IMG/VR virus record: IMGVR_UViG_3300031521_000027
Span: 32,001-96,000 of that record
Length of the DNA stretch: 64,000 nt
From: a virus
Reading direction: 5' to 3' (one strand)
This document shows positions 1-9,944 of the stretch, in pieces. The position numbers and the translations under genes were made by a program. The stretch's first letter is position 1. Each line of letters opens with the position of its first letter. The notes beneath the pieces were generated by a model. The model ran no database searches and was not told the DNA's origin. It worked only from the letters and a program-made list of their open reading frames with translations.

Positions 1-189
1 ATCGTGACCATCCCCAACGAGCGCGGAGCGATCCCGGTGGCTGGCACCTTCGAGATCCGCTCGATCCCTGACGAGGTCGTGGCCTTCGCCGACAGGCACC
101 ACATCGAGGTCCAGATCATCGAGACCGGTCAGGAGCTGACCGGCGAGAACTGGCCGTCCGAAGAGCCCATTGAGGACTTCGTCCCATGA
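1..189 (+). CDS. 3' end of head-closure/head-tail adaptor-like protein (partial)
   Basis: Open frame entering the window; ATGA overlap with next gene; position upstream of gp10-like gene. Confidence 0.5.
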   Translation: MVTIPNERGAIPVAGTFEIRSIPDEVVAFADRHHIEVQIIETGQELTGENWPSEEPIEDFVP

Positions 190-563
190 TCGAGGTCACC
201 ACCGACTGGTCCGACGTGGAGCGCGAGCTGGACCGCCTCATGATGATGCCCACCATGAAGGCCAAGGCGGCACTGCACGCTGTGCTCGACTTCGGCTTCG
301 CCCAGACTCAGGCCGCTGTCCACGTGGAGTCCGGAGCCCTGAAGGCGTCCGGCAAGATCTCAGTCTCAGGAGGCGGAGAGACGTGGGAGGGTGAGATCCA
401 GTACGGCGGAGCTGGCCCGGTCGACTACGCCATCTACGAGAAGCGCCGGGGCACCCACTGGGTGGGGAAGTCCGCAGCCCGTGGCGACCACGACTTTATG
501 AGACCATTGGCTGACTTGCACCCCCTGTGGGTGGAAGCGATGCTGGAAGGACTCCGGAAGTGA
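186..563 (+). CDS. HK97 gp10-like head-tail/neck protein
   Basis: VHVESGALKASG, YAIYE and FMRP motifs typical of the family; synteny. Confidence 0.65.
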   Translation: MIEVTTDWSDVERELDRLMMMPTMKAKAALHAVLDFGFAQTQAAVHVESGALKASGKISVSGGGETWEGEIQYGGAGPVDYAIYEKRRGTHWVGKSAARGDHDFMRPLADLHPLWVEAMLEGLRK

Positions 564-1045
564 AGCGCTGCACCATGTGTGGTGCGGTCAAGGACCTGAC
601 CGAGTTCTACAAGTACCGCAAGGGCTACCGAGCTGAGTGCATCAGCTGTTGCAACAGGAGGTCATCGGCTCAGTACGAGAGCACGCGAGAGGCCACGGCG
701 GAGACTCATGCCAAGTGGCGCAGGGGCAACCCTGACTACCTCCACGGATACCACCTGCTCTCCAAGTACGGCCTCACCCCTGCCCAGTACGACGCGCTGC
801 TCGAATCCCAGAACGGGTGCTGTGCGGTCTGTAAGGAGCCGGAGACAGCCGTCCACCAGAAGACCGGCCTTCCCCGTCGGTTGGCAGTAGATCATGACCA
901 TTCCTGTTGCCCCGGAGAGCGTTCCTGTGGGGCCTGTGTTCGAGGCCTACTGTGCTACTCGTGCAATACCGGACTGGGGGCTTTCCGGGACTCAGTGAGC
1001 AGGATTCAGTCCGCGCTCCGATACTTGGAAGGACTCCGGAAATGA
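544..1045 (+). repeat. 16-bp direct repeat TGGAAGGACTCCGGAA (544-559 and 1026-1041) bracketing the EndoVII gene
   Basis: Identical 16-mers, each followed by RTGA; both proteins end LEGLRK. Confidence 0.9.
560..1045 (+). CDS. Endonuclease VII-family (HNH) free-standing homing endonuclease
   Basis: CxxC...CxxC N-terminus, KYGLT..Y..LL..Q.G.CAVC, LAVDHDH...VRGLLC..CN.GLG; GTG start overlaps upstream TGA. Confidence 0.9.
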   Translation: MKRCTMCGAVKDLTEFYKYRKGYRAECISCCNRRSSAQYESTREATAETHAKWRRGNPDYLHGYHLLSKYGLTPAQYDALLESQNGCCAVCKEPETAVHQKTGLPRRLAVDHDHSCCPGERSCGACVRGLLCYSCNTGLGAFRDSVSRIQSALRYLEGLRK

Positions 1046-1551
1046 CCGACCTCTCTCTGGCCATCCGCAACTACCTCGCGCAGGACGCTGGGCTGCGGGA
1101 GCTGCTGGGCCGCTCGATCAGCTGGGACACGTGGATCTTCGACGAGAACCCGATCAACGTGAAGGTGGAGAACACCGGCAAGTGCCTGCTCGTGATCAAT
1201 GAGGACGGCACGTGGACGTCCCCCAACGACCACAACACGATGCGCTTCCCCCGGGTCTACATCGACATCTGGGCCGACCCCACCCGCAACGAGGACCGCT
1301 CGGTCAAGGTCAACGACGCCAAGTCCAAGATCGAGCGCATCCAGAAGCTCCTCGACAAGCACCTGCACCTCACCGACGCAGGCACCCGGCAGGGGATGCC
1401 ATACATCTGGGGCACCACCGATCAGGTGGCCTCCAAGACGGGCGTGGTGGTCGCTGGGAGCCACCGCGTGGACGGACCCACCCTGTCTCCCATCCGGGAC
1501 ACCGACGGGGCCTACATGGGCCGCATGACCTACGGCGTGAACGTACCCTAA
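1042..1551 (+). CDS. tail terminator/tail completion protein
   Basis: ATG at 1042 after RBS GGAAGGA; size and position between gp10-like and major tail genes. Confidence 0.6.
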   Translation: MTDLSLAIRNYLAQDAGLRELLGRSISWDTWIFDENPINVKVENTGKCLLVINEDGTWTSPNDHNTMRFPRVYIDIWADPTRNEDRSVKVNDAKSKIERIQKLLDKHLHLTDAGTRQGMPYIWGTTDQVASKTGVVVAGSHRVDGPTLSPIRDTDGAYMGRMTYGVNVP

Positions 1552-1587
1552 GCAGTTTCCAAAAAGAGAGACCCAAGGAGGTCCAAG

Positions 1588-2748
1588 ATGAAGGTGTTGC
1601 TCCGCACACCGATGAGTCGGTACTCCGGCTATGGCAACGATGGGATCGGACTGGCGCAGGCATTGATGCGCGCCGGAGCCGACGTCTACCTACAGGCCAC
1701 CTCAGTGGACGCCCCCCTCCCGCAGGACGTGGCCAACCTGCTGACCAAGGAGCTGGCCGCTCCGTTCGACCTCTACATCAACCACGTCGACCCGGCCAAC
1801 CTCCAGTGCCCCGACGAGGTCGTACCCCACGCAGCGGTCAAGGTCGCATGGACCATGTGGGAGTACTCCAACCTGCTCAACCTCGCCAAGAAGTCTCGCA
1901 AGGACCTGCGCAAGCGGCTGAAGAACTTCGACGCCTTCATCGGCTACTCCGACGTCGACCCGGACTGCTTCCGGCCCTACTTCGACGGCCCGCTGTTCGT
2001 CCTTCAGGGCGGCTTCGACCCCGCCGAGTGGCCCCACATGTTCGACCGGGAGTGGGACACCAAGGAGTTCCACTTCGCCCAGATCGGTGTGCTCAGCGAG
2101 CGCAAGGATCCCTTCCGCACCATCGAGGCGTTCCGGCTCGCGCGCACCATGGACGCGGAGTTCTGGCGCTGGGCCCGGCTCAGCCTGAAGACCACTGCCC
2201 CCGGCCTGCACCACAAGATCGAGGACCTGTACCGGGACATCGACCCGGAGACCGGTGACGAGTTCTCCTCCCTGCGGATCTTCTACGACATCTGGCCGAC
2301 CGAGGTGGTCCGCCAGTTCTACAAGGTCCAGCACTGCCTGCTGGCCCCGTCCCGGGGTGAGGGCAAGAACGTCCCGGCGCTGGAGTTCATGAGCACCGGA
2401 GGCACGGTCATCGCCACCAACTGGGCAGGCCACACCCAGTGGCTCGACCCTGCCTACTCCTACCCGCTGGCCTACACGCTGGAGCCGGTCAGCTCTGATT
2501 TTCCAGAAACGTTCAACGCTCGGGCGTCCATCGAAGACCTCGCCCGGCTGATGATCCACGTCTTCCAGCACCGCAACGAGGCCCACGAGAAGGGCGAGCT
2601 GGCTGCCCGCATCATCCCGCAGGCACACAGCTGGGATGCCGTCGTGGCGAAGCTCTTCCTGAAGCTCAAGGACAACCTCCCCGCCGCTCAGGGCGAACGC
2701 CTGTGGACCTTGGCCCAGATCGCGAGAAGCGAACATGCAGATCGTTGA
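1588..2748 (+). CDS. GT-B fold (GT4-like) glycosyltransferase
   Basis: SGYG N-terminal motif, ERKD, PSRGEGKNVPALE (E-x7-E), SWDAV C-terminus; RBS AAGGAGG. Confidence 0.88.
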   Translation: MKVLLRTPMSRYSGYGNDGIGLAQALMRAGADVYLQATSVDAPLPQDVANLLTKELAAPFDLYINHVDPANLQCPDEVVPHAAVKVAWTMWEYSNLLNLAKKSRKDLRKRLKNFDAFIGYSDVDPDCFRPYFDGPLFVLQGGFDPAEWPHMFDREWDTKEFHFAQIGVLSERKDPFRTIEAFRLARTMDAEFWRWARLSLKTTAPGLHHKIEDLYRDIDPETGDEFSSLRIFYDIWPTEVVRQFYKVQHCLLAPSRGEGKNVPALEFMSTGGTVIATNWAGHTQWLDPAYSYPLAYTLEPVSSDFPETFNARASIEDLARLMIHVFQHRNEAHEKGELAARIIPQAHSWDAVVAKLFLKLKDNLPAAQGERLWTLAQIARSEHADR

Positions 2749-2959
2749 GCTTCGCTGCCCAGTGGGACCACGCCGCCTGCTGGCCAAGACCGTTGTGGCC
2801 GGAGGACACCCCAAGATCGTGGACGGCAACCTCGTGGAGCTGTCCTGTGATGACTGCAAGAAGACCATGCGGCGGGAGGGGAAGCCGGTGCTGCGAGTGC
2901 TCCACCGGTTCAACCTGATCGGCGATCTGGTGGAGTCGGAGGCCGTCTACCAGCCCTGA
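2735..2959 (+). CDS. small Zn-binding protein resembling Mu Com family
   Basis: ELRCP..RRLLAK...VELSCDDCKK pattern. Confidence 0.5.
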   Translation: MQIVELRCPVGPRRLLAKTVVAGGHPKIVDGNLVELSCDDCKKTMRREGKPVLRVLHRFNLIGDLVESEAVYQP

Positions 2960-2967
2960 GGGCTGAG

Positions 2968-2977
2968 GCCGATCTTC
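2968..2977 (+). promoter_or_regulatory. putative late promoter GCCGATCTTC upstream of major tail gene
   Basis: Same 10-mer precedes lysis genes; resembles sigma-28 -10 GCCGATAA. Confidence 0.65.
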
Positions 2978-3036
2978 AGAGGTAGGCAAGAACTCGAACC
3001 TGTTCACTTGCCAACTCGTTCTGAAGGAGATCGACC

Positions 3037-3615
3037 ATGGGCAACCCGACAGTTGAGGGTTTCAGCATCTCTCACGCCGCCATCCTTGACGGGGCCACCG
3101 GTCTCGAAGAGGAGTTTGGTGACATCTACGGCATCCGGTCTGGCTCCATGGAGCTTGATCAGGACAGCTACGACAACACCGGCGACGACACCATCCTGTC
3201 GACGTGGTACTGGGCCAACAAGGTCAACGTGACGGTGCAGGGCGGCTACATCCCGTTCCAGACCCTGTCGCTGATCTCCGGCTCGGTCGTGGCCAGCTCC
3301 GGCACGGGCGCGAACCAGACCTTCACTCTCCCCCTGTGGGAAGAGAACACGATGAACACCAAGCCGCGACCGATGGTCGTGCGGGTGCCGTCCAAGGACG
3401 CCGACGGTGTCGTGCGCCTGCTGGACTTCGTGCTCTACAAGGTCCAGTTCCAGCCCTTCAGCTTTGACGGCCCGTCGTACAAGGAAGGCCTGCTGCTGAA
3501 CTACAACGGTTCCGCACTGTTCTCCTCGACCGACGAGAAGGGCAACCCGGTCCTCGACAGCCGCACCGGCCAGCCGACCAAGCGCATCGGACACCTGCTG
3601 AGCCGTCCGCTCTGA
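3037..3615 (+). CDS. major tail tube protein
   Basis: Size, position before chaperones and tape measure, strong RBS, beta-rich sequence. Confidence 0.8.
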   Translation: MGNPTVEGFSISHAAILDGATGLEEEFGDIYGIRSGSMELDQDSYDNTGDDTILSTWYWANKVNVTVQGGYIPFQTLSLISGSVVASSGTGANQTFTLPLWEENTMNTKPRPMVVRVPSKDADGVVRLLDFVLYKVQFQPFSFDGPSYKEGLLLNYNGSALFSSTDEKGNPVLDSRTGQPTKRIGHLLSRPL

Positions 3616-3660
3616 CGCTGGAGCTGATTCCAAAAACAACTAAGTAGGAGAGAGAGTCGC

Positions 3661-4194
3661 ATGACGACCGGAAACACTGACATCGACACCTTGGCACCGG
3701 AGGCAACCCCGGTGGCTTTGGTGTCCGGCACCCAGATCAAGGTCGAGCGTCTCAAGACGCGGGCCCTGATGTCCCTGCTGAAGATCCTCACCCGAGGCGC
3801 ATCGGAGGTCTTGCCCACCCTGAGCTTCGACCCGAACACCTCCACCGAGGCGTTCACCGGCCAGCTGCTGGGGGCGGTCATCATCGCCATCCCGGAGGCG
3901 GAGGACGAGGCCGTCGAGTTCATCAACCGGATGGTCTTCCCGGCAGGTCTCCACGACGGGGCCCGCCTGACTGCCATCGAGAAGGCCGAGAACGAGCAGG
4001 CCGAAGCCGAGCTTCGTCTGGAGCTGGTTGACCCGGAGATCGATGACCTCGTCACCATCTTGGAGCAGATCATCAAGGTCGAGGCACCCCACATCGTGGC
4101 ACTGGGAAAACGTCTAGCTCTTCTGCTGAAGGTCCAGCAGACGAGCGCAGTCGCGAAGCAGGGCGCATCCTCGAAGAGAAGCTCGCGGTCCTAG
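3661..4194 (+). CDS. tail assembly chaperone (G)
   Basis: Synteny; in-frame slippery G GGA AAA at 4104-4110. Confidence 0.85.
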   Translation: MTTGNTDIDTLAPEATPVALVSGTQIKVERLKTRALMSLLKILTRGASEVLPTLSFDPNTSTEAFTGQLLGAVIIAIPEAEDEAVEFINRMVFPAGLHDGARLTAIEKAENEQAEAELRLELVDPEIDDLVTILEQIIKVEAPHIVALGKRLALLLKVQQTSAVAKQGASSKRSSRS

Positions 4195-4664
4195 ACCCCG
4201 ATGGCCTCCTCGGTGGGTTCTCAGCTGCCTTCGACCTCGTGTCGGCGGAGTACGGCTGGGCCGACGAGGTCATCTGGGAGCTTCCCCTCGCACGCTTCCG
4301 GCAGATCACCGCAGCCATCCAGCAGCGGCGCTTCTTCCAGAAACGAGATGAGGATGGCCGCTTCTCATGGCTGGCACGGAACCTCGCGGGGTTCATCGTC
4401 AACGGATACATGGCGGATGCGAAGGACAAGAAGGAGCCTCTGGCTCAGGCAGGGTCCCTCGCGTACGACGACATCGAGGCCGCAATGCTCGGGGCCACTC
4501 CCGACAGGCAGACCTCACCCTCTGTTCCGACAGAGAACGGCAAGGCACCTGACATCGATCCGAACGAGGCCATCGCTCGGGCACTAGCGAAGAACAGCAA
4601 CGGGTCCTTCGAGAGGCTCCGGGGCATGGTAGGGGGCCTCGACCAGCGGGGAAAGATGCTCTAG
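4110..4664 (+). CDS. tail assembly chaperone GT extension via programmed -1 frameshift
   Basis: -1 frame is open from 4110 (TSSSSAEGPADERS...AEYGWADEVIWELPL) to TAG 4664. Confidence 0.8.
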   Translation, partial: TSSSSAEGPADERSREAGRILEEKLAVLDPDGLLGGFSAAFDLVSAEYGWADEVIWELPLARFRQITAAIQQRRFFQKRDEDGRFSWLARNLAGFIVNGYMADAKDKKEPLAQAGSLAYDDIEAAMLGATPDRQTSPSVPTENGKAPDIDPNEAIARALAKNSNGSFERLRGMVGGLDQRGKML

Positions 4665-4682
4665 GCACAAAGGAGGTGGGCA

Positions 4683-7600
4683 ATGGCTGAGAACGAGACT
4701 CGGGTCATCTACAAGGCCATTGCCGACTTCTCCGCTGTTGCCCGGGAGGCACGCAAGGCCAAGGCTGAGATCGCGGCTCTGAAGGCCGAGGAGGCTGGCC
4801 TCAACGCCGCGTCCGTCTCGGGGGCCAAGGCGTCCACAGCGGCCACGCAGGGCCACACCAAGGCCATCAGCAACGACACCAACGCCGTGCACGAGAGTGC
4901 CAACGCGCACCGGGATCACAACACCGTCCTCAAGGAGGGTGGAGCTGCTGCGAGCGCCCTCGGGAATGCCACCTCGAAGGCTGACACCGTCCTCAAGAGC
5001 GCCACCTCCACGATCTCCAAGCACGCTGGTGAGGCGCGGAGGATGGCCACCGAGACCGAGCGCGTCGGGGCGGCGCTGACTCCGGCAGCCTCCAAGATGA
5101 CCAACTTCCAGCGCGGGGTGCAGCGCGCGGTCCCGTGGGTCGAGAAGATCAACAACGGCTTCGACAAGCTCGGCAAGTGGCGACCCAAGCTGACGCCGCC
5201 TTTCATCGCGTTGGTCCCGATCATCGCTGGCCTGCTGTCCCTGATGAACCCTCTGGTGGCAGGCATCGGCGCACTGGGCGGCGCGGGCATCGGGCTGGCC
5301 TCCAGCCTCGGTCAGGTCGCCGGAGCGGCCCTCGCAGCCATCCCGGCACTGTTCTCCCTGCTCTCCATCGTCGGGGCCCTCAAGGTGGCCTTCAGCGGCA
5401 TCGGAGGGGTGTTCTCGGCCTTCAAGGCAGCGAAGAAGGCTGGAGCCTCAGGTGGGGGTGGCGGAGGCGGCGGTGGAAGCTCACAGGCCGAGATCTCGCA
5501 GGCCGAGAAGGTCGCCCGCGCCCGGGAGAACCTGCGCCGCGCCACGGAGAACCTGAAGTGGGCTGAAGAGGATCTCGCCGACGCCCGCAAGGACTACCTC
5601 CAGAGGCTGAAGGATCTGGAGCAGACCGCCAAGGATGCAGCTGCCTCGGAGAAGCGCCTCACCGCCCAGCGGGAGAACGCGGAGAAGAACCTCGCTCGGA
5701 TCTTGGCCGACCCGAACTCGACCAAGGCCGAGAAGATGGCCGCGCAGGCAGCCGTCGAGGACGCCAAGACCGCCGAGCAGAAGGCCAAGGACAACAACGC
5801 GAAACTTCAGGATGACCTGAAGGACATGAAGAAGAAGGGCATGAAGGGTGACCGGGCGGTCATCATGGCCCAGCGTGCCCTGACCGATGCCATCTGGGCT
5901 CAGCGGGACGCACAGATCGCGCTGATCAACGCCAAGAAGGGCGACGCCAAGGCCTCCGGTGGTGGGGCCTCCGCCAACAACGCGCTCGCCGCCGCACTGG
6001 CCAAGCTCTCCCCCTCGGCTCGCAAGTTCGTCGAGGCGATCCTCGCCATGGACAAGGCGTGGACCAAGGTCAAGAGGACCGTGCAGGAGTCCTTCTTCTC
6101 CAAGATCGTCAACGACACCGGCAAGCTGCGCTCGATGCTGCCCACCATCCAGAGCCTGCTGTCTGACACCGCAGGTGCGCTCGGCGACGTCGCCCACGAG
6201 TTCATCGGGATGATCTCCTCCCCGGAGTGGAAGAGCGACCTGATCCTGCTGGGCAAGCAGAACGTCCCTCTGATCCACGCCATCGGTGGCGGGCTGAACG
6301 TCCTGTGGGGCGTCTTCAAGGACCTCACCGTCATCGCGATGCCATTCCTGATCGAACTCGCCAAGGGGTTCAAGAAGGGTGCCGAGAACATCGCGGCCAT
6401 GGTCAAGGAGGCCCGCAAGAGCGGGTCCCTCAGCAAGTGGCTGATGGGTGACAAGGAGACCGGGTCGAAGGGTGTCCTCGGGACGCTGCGCCAGTGGTGG
6501 CAGATCATCAAGAACATCGCCAAGACCCTGTTCAACTTCGCCAAGGCGGCGGAGGCGTTCGGTGGTTGGATCACCGACGGTATCCAGAAGACCACCGAGG
6601 GCTGGCTGGCGTCCTCCGAGGCAGCCACCAAGAAGGGATCTCCTTTCAAGAAATGGCTTGAGGACATCAAGCCCCTCCTGTCCGAGATCTCCCGGATGTT
6701 CGGCACCTTCTTCAAGTGGTTCGGCAAGCAGGCTGCCGACCCGAAGAACATCAAGCAGATGACGGAGATCTTCAAGAAGATCACCGACGATCTTGGTCCC
6801 AAGCTGGCGTCACTGTTCGATGCCCTGAGCAAGGCCAACATTGGCCCCAAGTTCGTGGACTCGCTGATCAAGATCGTCGACCTGATCACCACACTGGTGG
6901 ATGGCCCCGGCACTGCGGTCTTCTTCGACACCCTGAACGGGCTCCTCGACATCCTGCTGACCGTCATCAAGATGCCAGTCATCGGCCCCGTCCTCCAGAT
7001 GCTCATCGGAGCCGCCGCAGCTATCGGAGCCATGTCCTTCGTGGCCAAGTTCACCGGCCTTGAGAACCTCATCGGGTGGCTGATCAAGCTCTACAAGACC
7101 GGTGGCATCCTCAAGTTCTTCGAGTCGCTGAAGACCGTCCTGATGAAGCTCTTCGGCATCACCGGGAAGCGGTACACCGGACTCAGCTTCATCAAGGCGA
7201 TGTTCTATGGGATCGCCGACGGAGCCAAGTTCCTTTTCGGAAAGCTCGGCAAGCTGTTCGGCCTGTTCAAGGGGCTGCCCAAGCTCCTCAGTGGGCTGAA
7301 GGGCTTCAAGTGGCTAGGCAGCCTGCTCGATGGCTTCAAGGTCCTCCTCTCCGGGGGAGGTCTGAAGGGCTTCTCCACCCTGATCAAGGGGTTCGGTAGC
7401 CTCAAGGGGTTCGCGTCGATCCTGAAGGGTGCAGGTGGCCCGCTCGCGGCCATCGCGTCGATTCTGGGCACCATCGTGGGCGACGTCATCTCGAACAACG
7501 CCCCCGAGGGCAAGGACGGATCCGGCCAGCGGCTCGGAGGCAACACCCTCTCCGGGGCAGCCACAGGCGCAGGCATCGGTGGCTCTGTCGGCCTGCTGTT

Positions 7601-9098
7601 CGGTGGCATCGGGGCAGTCCCCGGCGCGATCATCGGTGGGCTCATCGGAGCCCTCGTGGGATTCTTCGGCTCCGCCAAGGAGGACATCGACCAGTTCTTC
7701 ACCGACTTCGTCAAGGGGTGGAACGAGTTCTGGGGCACCACCCTCCCCAAGTGGTGGAACGACCTCACCGGGGGCATCAGCAAGTGGTTCGGCGACTTCG
7801 GCAAGCTGTGGGATGAGTACTGGGGGGTGCAGGTCCCCAAGTTCTGGAACGACCTCACCGGGGGCATCAGCAAGTGGTTCGGCGACTTCGGCAAGCTGTG
7901 GGATGAGTACTGGGGGGTGCAGGTCCCCAAGTTCTGGAACGACCTCGGCGCTGGGGCCACCAAGTGGTTCGACGACCTTGGCACCTCGTGGACCGACTTC
8001 TGGACCAAGACGTTCCCCTACTGGGCGGGGTACGCCTTGGGAGCCACCGTCAAGTGGTTCGAGGGCATCGGCCCGGCATGGACCACCTTCTGGACCGAGA
8101 CCTTCCCGAAGTGGGTCACCAGCGCCACGCTGGCAGTGGGTCAGTGGTTCGCAGGCATCGGAGCGGCGTGGACCACCTTCTGGACGGTCACCTTCCCGCT
8201 GTGGGTCACGCAGGCATCCGCAGCCGTCACCCAGTGGTTCGCAGGTATCGGGGTGGCATGGACCACCTTCTGGACGGTCACCTTCCCCGCGTGGATCTCC
8301 AGCGCGTCGGCTGCCGTCCGCTCGTGGATCTCCAGCATCGGCCCAGCGTGGAACAACTTCTGGGCAGTCACCTTCCCGAAGTGGCTGGCCAACGCCAAGG
8401 CGCAGATCCAGAAGTGGGTCTCCGGCATTGGTCCCATGTGGGACAAGTTCTGGAACGTGACGCTCCCCGGCTTCGGCAGGGATCTGGCCAAGATCGCCAC
8501 CGACTTCGTCGACAGTGTGAGCACCGCGTGGGGCCGTTGGTGGGACGGCGTCAAGAACACCATTGGCAAGTGGTGGACGGACTTCTGGGGCAACGCCGGA
8601 GCAGGGTTCGGTGCAGGGCATGGCGACGGTACCCAGACGCCCCACAACGGCGGAGAGATCCACCGTGCGGGTGGTGGCGGCGTCCCCGGACATGGCAACA
8701 GCGACACCGTGGCAGCACGACTCACTCCCGGTGAGTTCGTCGTCCGCAAGGGCATCGTCGACAGGGTCGGGATCGACAACCTCGTCAAGCTCAACTCGGG
8801 CGTCATGTCCTACGCCCAGCTGCTCGCGGCAGCCGCCAGCTCCTCGCGCAAGCCCAAGGACGGTGGCAGCCAGCTGGTCTTCAACGGTGGCGGTCTCGTG
8901 CCGACCATGGCACCCACCAACTCACCCGGTGGCGGCAGGGGCCCGAGTTTCGGGGGCGGTGGCAACACCACGGTCAACAGCGTGACCTTCGGCGACGTCA
9001 TCATCCAGAACCCGGTGCCTGAGCGTGCGACCAACTCGCTGACGACCAAGACCCAGCAGCTCGCCCATCTCGGACTGAACGCAGGTGACTTCAAGTGA
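4683..9098 (+). CDS. tape measure protein (1471 aa)
   Basis: Length, Ala/Gly-rich helices, Trp-periodic repeats, C-terminal GGG.VPG.GNSDTV.ARLTPGEFV motif. Confidence 0.95.
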   Translation: MAENETRVIYKAIADFSAVAREARKAKAEIAALKAEEAGLNAASVSGAKASTAATQGHTKAISNDTNAVHESANAHRDHNTVLKEGGAAASALGNATSKADTVLKSATSTISKHAGEARRMATETERVGAALTPAASKMTNFQRGVQRAVPWVEKINNGFDKLGKWRPKLTPPFIALVPIIAGLLSLMNPLVAGIGALGGAGIGLASSLGQVAGAALAAIPALFSLLSIVGALKVAFSGIGGVFSAFKAAKKAGASGGGGGGGGGSSQAEISQAEKVARARENLRRATENLKWAEEDLADARKDYLQRLKDLEQTAKDAAASEKRLTAQRENAEKNLARILADPNSTKAEKMAAQAAVEDAKTAEQKAKDNNAKLQDDLKDMKKKGMKGDRAVIMAQRALTDAIWAQRDAQIALINAKKGDAKASGGGASANNALAAALAKLSPSARKFVEAILAMDKAWTKVKRTVQESFFSKIVNDTGKLRSMLPTIQSLLSDTAGALGDVAHEFIGMISSPEWKSDLILLGKQNVPLIHAIGGGLNVLWGVFKDLTVIAMPFLIELAKGFKKGAENIAAMVKEARKSGSLSKWLMGDKETGSKGVLGTLRQWWQIIKNIAKTLFNFAKAAEAFGGWITDGIQKTTEGWLASSEAATKKGSPFKKWLEDIKPLLSEISRMFGTFFKWFGKQAADPKNIKQMTEIFKKITDDLGPKLASLFDALSKANIGPKFVDSLIKIVDLITTLVDGPGTAVFFDTLNGLLDILLTVIKMPVIGPVLQMLIGAAAAIGAMSFVAKFTGLENLIGWLIKLYKTGGILKFFESLKTVLMKLFGITGKRYTGLSFIKAMFYGIADGAKFLFGKLGKLFGLFKGLPKLLSGLKGFKWLGSLLDGFKVLLSGGGLKGFSTLIKGFGSLKGFASILKGAGGPLAAIASILGTIVGDVISNNAPEGKDGSGQRLGGNTLSGAATGAGIGGSVGLLFGGIGAVPGAIIGGLIGALVGFFGSAKEDIDQFFTDFVKGWNEFWGTTLPKWWNDLTGGISKWFGDFGKLWDEYWGVQVPKFWNDLTGGISKWFGDFGKLWDEYWGVQVPKFWNDLGAGATKWFDDLGTSWTDFWTKTFPYWAGYALGATVKWFEGIGPAWTTFWTETFPKWVTSATLAVGQWFAGIGAAWTTFWTVTFPLWVTQASAAVTQWFAGIGVAWTTFWTVTFPAWISSASAAVRSWISSIGPAWNNFWAVTFPKWLANAKAQIQKWVSGIGPMWDKFWNVTLPGFGRDLAKIATDFVDSVSTAWGRWWDGVKNTIGKWWTDFWGNAGAGFGAGHGDGTQTPHNGGEIHRAGGGGVPGHGNSDTVAARLTPGEFVVRKGIVDRVGIDNLVKLNSGVMSYAQLLAAAASSSRKPKDGGSQLVFNGGGLVPTMAPTNSPGGGRGPSFGGGGNTTVNSVTFGDVIIQNPVPERATNSLTTKTQQLAHLGLNAGDFK
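7755..7946 (+). repeat. perfect 90-bp tandem duplication in tape measure gene
   Basis: 7755-7844 is identical to 7845-7934 (WNDLTGGISKWFGDFGKLWDEYWGVQVPKF x2). Confidence 0.9.
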
Positions 9099-9934
9099 CC
9101 AACACGACCCCGGTCTACTGGGATGTGGACGGCGTCTCGATCCAGAACTTCGCATGGAACATCCGCACCCTCACAGGCCGCAGCGGCGTCGCCAACTTCC
9201 GGGGCTCCAACGTGAACCTCGCCTACTACCCGGGCACCTTCCACAAGGCCAAGACCATCGATTCCAAGGCCTTGTCGCTGTCCATGTGGGTACAGGGCTC
9301 CACGGCTGACGGCGGGGCTCCTACGGCCCGCAGCACCGAGCTGGAGTTCCAGAAGAACTGGAGGGCCCTGCGCCAGCTCTTCTGGAGGGACGACTCGATG
9401 CCCTTCACGTTGACCAAGCGCTGGATCGATCCGGACACCTTCGAGGTCATGTCCGCCTCCGCACTGGTGGAGAACACCGGGGTCATGGCCCCCACCATGC
9501 AGGGCAACGCGCACGCCACCTTCTCCGTCGACCTGCTCATGCTGGAGGGCCTGTTCTTCGGTGAGGAGCAGACCACCGTGGTCGAGGCGGGGGAGACGGT
9601 CGTGATCGCCAACCCCGGGGACGCGCGCACCCACAAGATCACGATGGACTTCGAGGGTCAGCTGACCAACCCGGTCCTCACCAATGCAACATTCGCCCCC
9701 CAGAACTGGGTCAAGTTGGGGTCTTCGGTCGCTATTGCCGATACAGTGACCTTGGACGTGGACAAGATGTCTGCAAGACGCGATTCCGACGGGGCGAACC
9801 TGATTGGAGCGGTCACGCGTTCGGGTATGCGGCAATGGTTCGGACTCGCCTCCGGAAGCAACATTGTGACACTGACCCGGGATGCTGGCTCCGGTCAGGC
9901 AATCATCAAGTGGCGTCCCGCGTACTTCGACTAG
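9095..9934 (+). CDS. distal tail (Dit-like) protein
   Basis: Directly after tape measure; W..LASGSN.V C-terminal motif. Confidence 0.8.
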   Translation: MTNTTPVYWDVDGVSIQNFAWNIRTLTGRSGVANFRGSNVNLAYYPGTFHKAKTIDSKALSLSMWVQGSTADGGAPTARSTELEFQKNWRALRQLFWRDDSMPFTLTKRWIDPDTFEVMSASALVENTGVMAPTMQGNAHATFSVDLLMLEGLFFGEEQTTVVEAGETVVIANPGDARTHKITMDFEGQLTNPVLTNATFAPQNWVKLGSSVAIADTVTLDVDKMSARRDSDGANLIGAVTRSGMRQWFGLASGSNIVTLTRDAGSGQAIIKWRPAYFD

Positions 9935-9944
9935 GAGATCCGAC

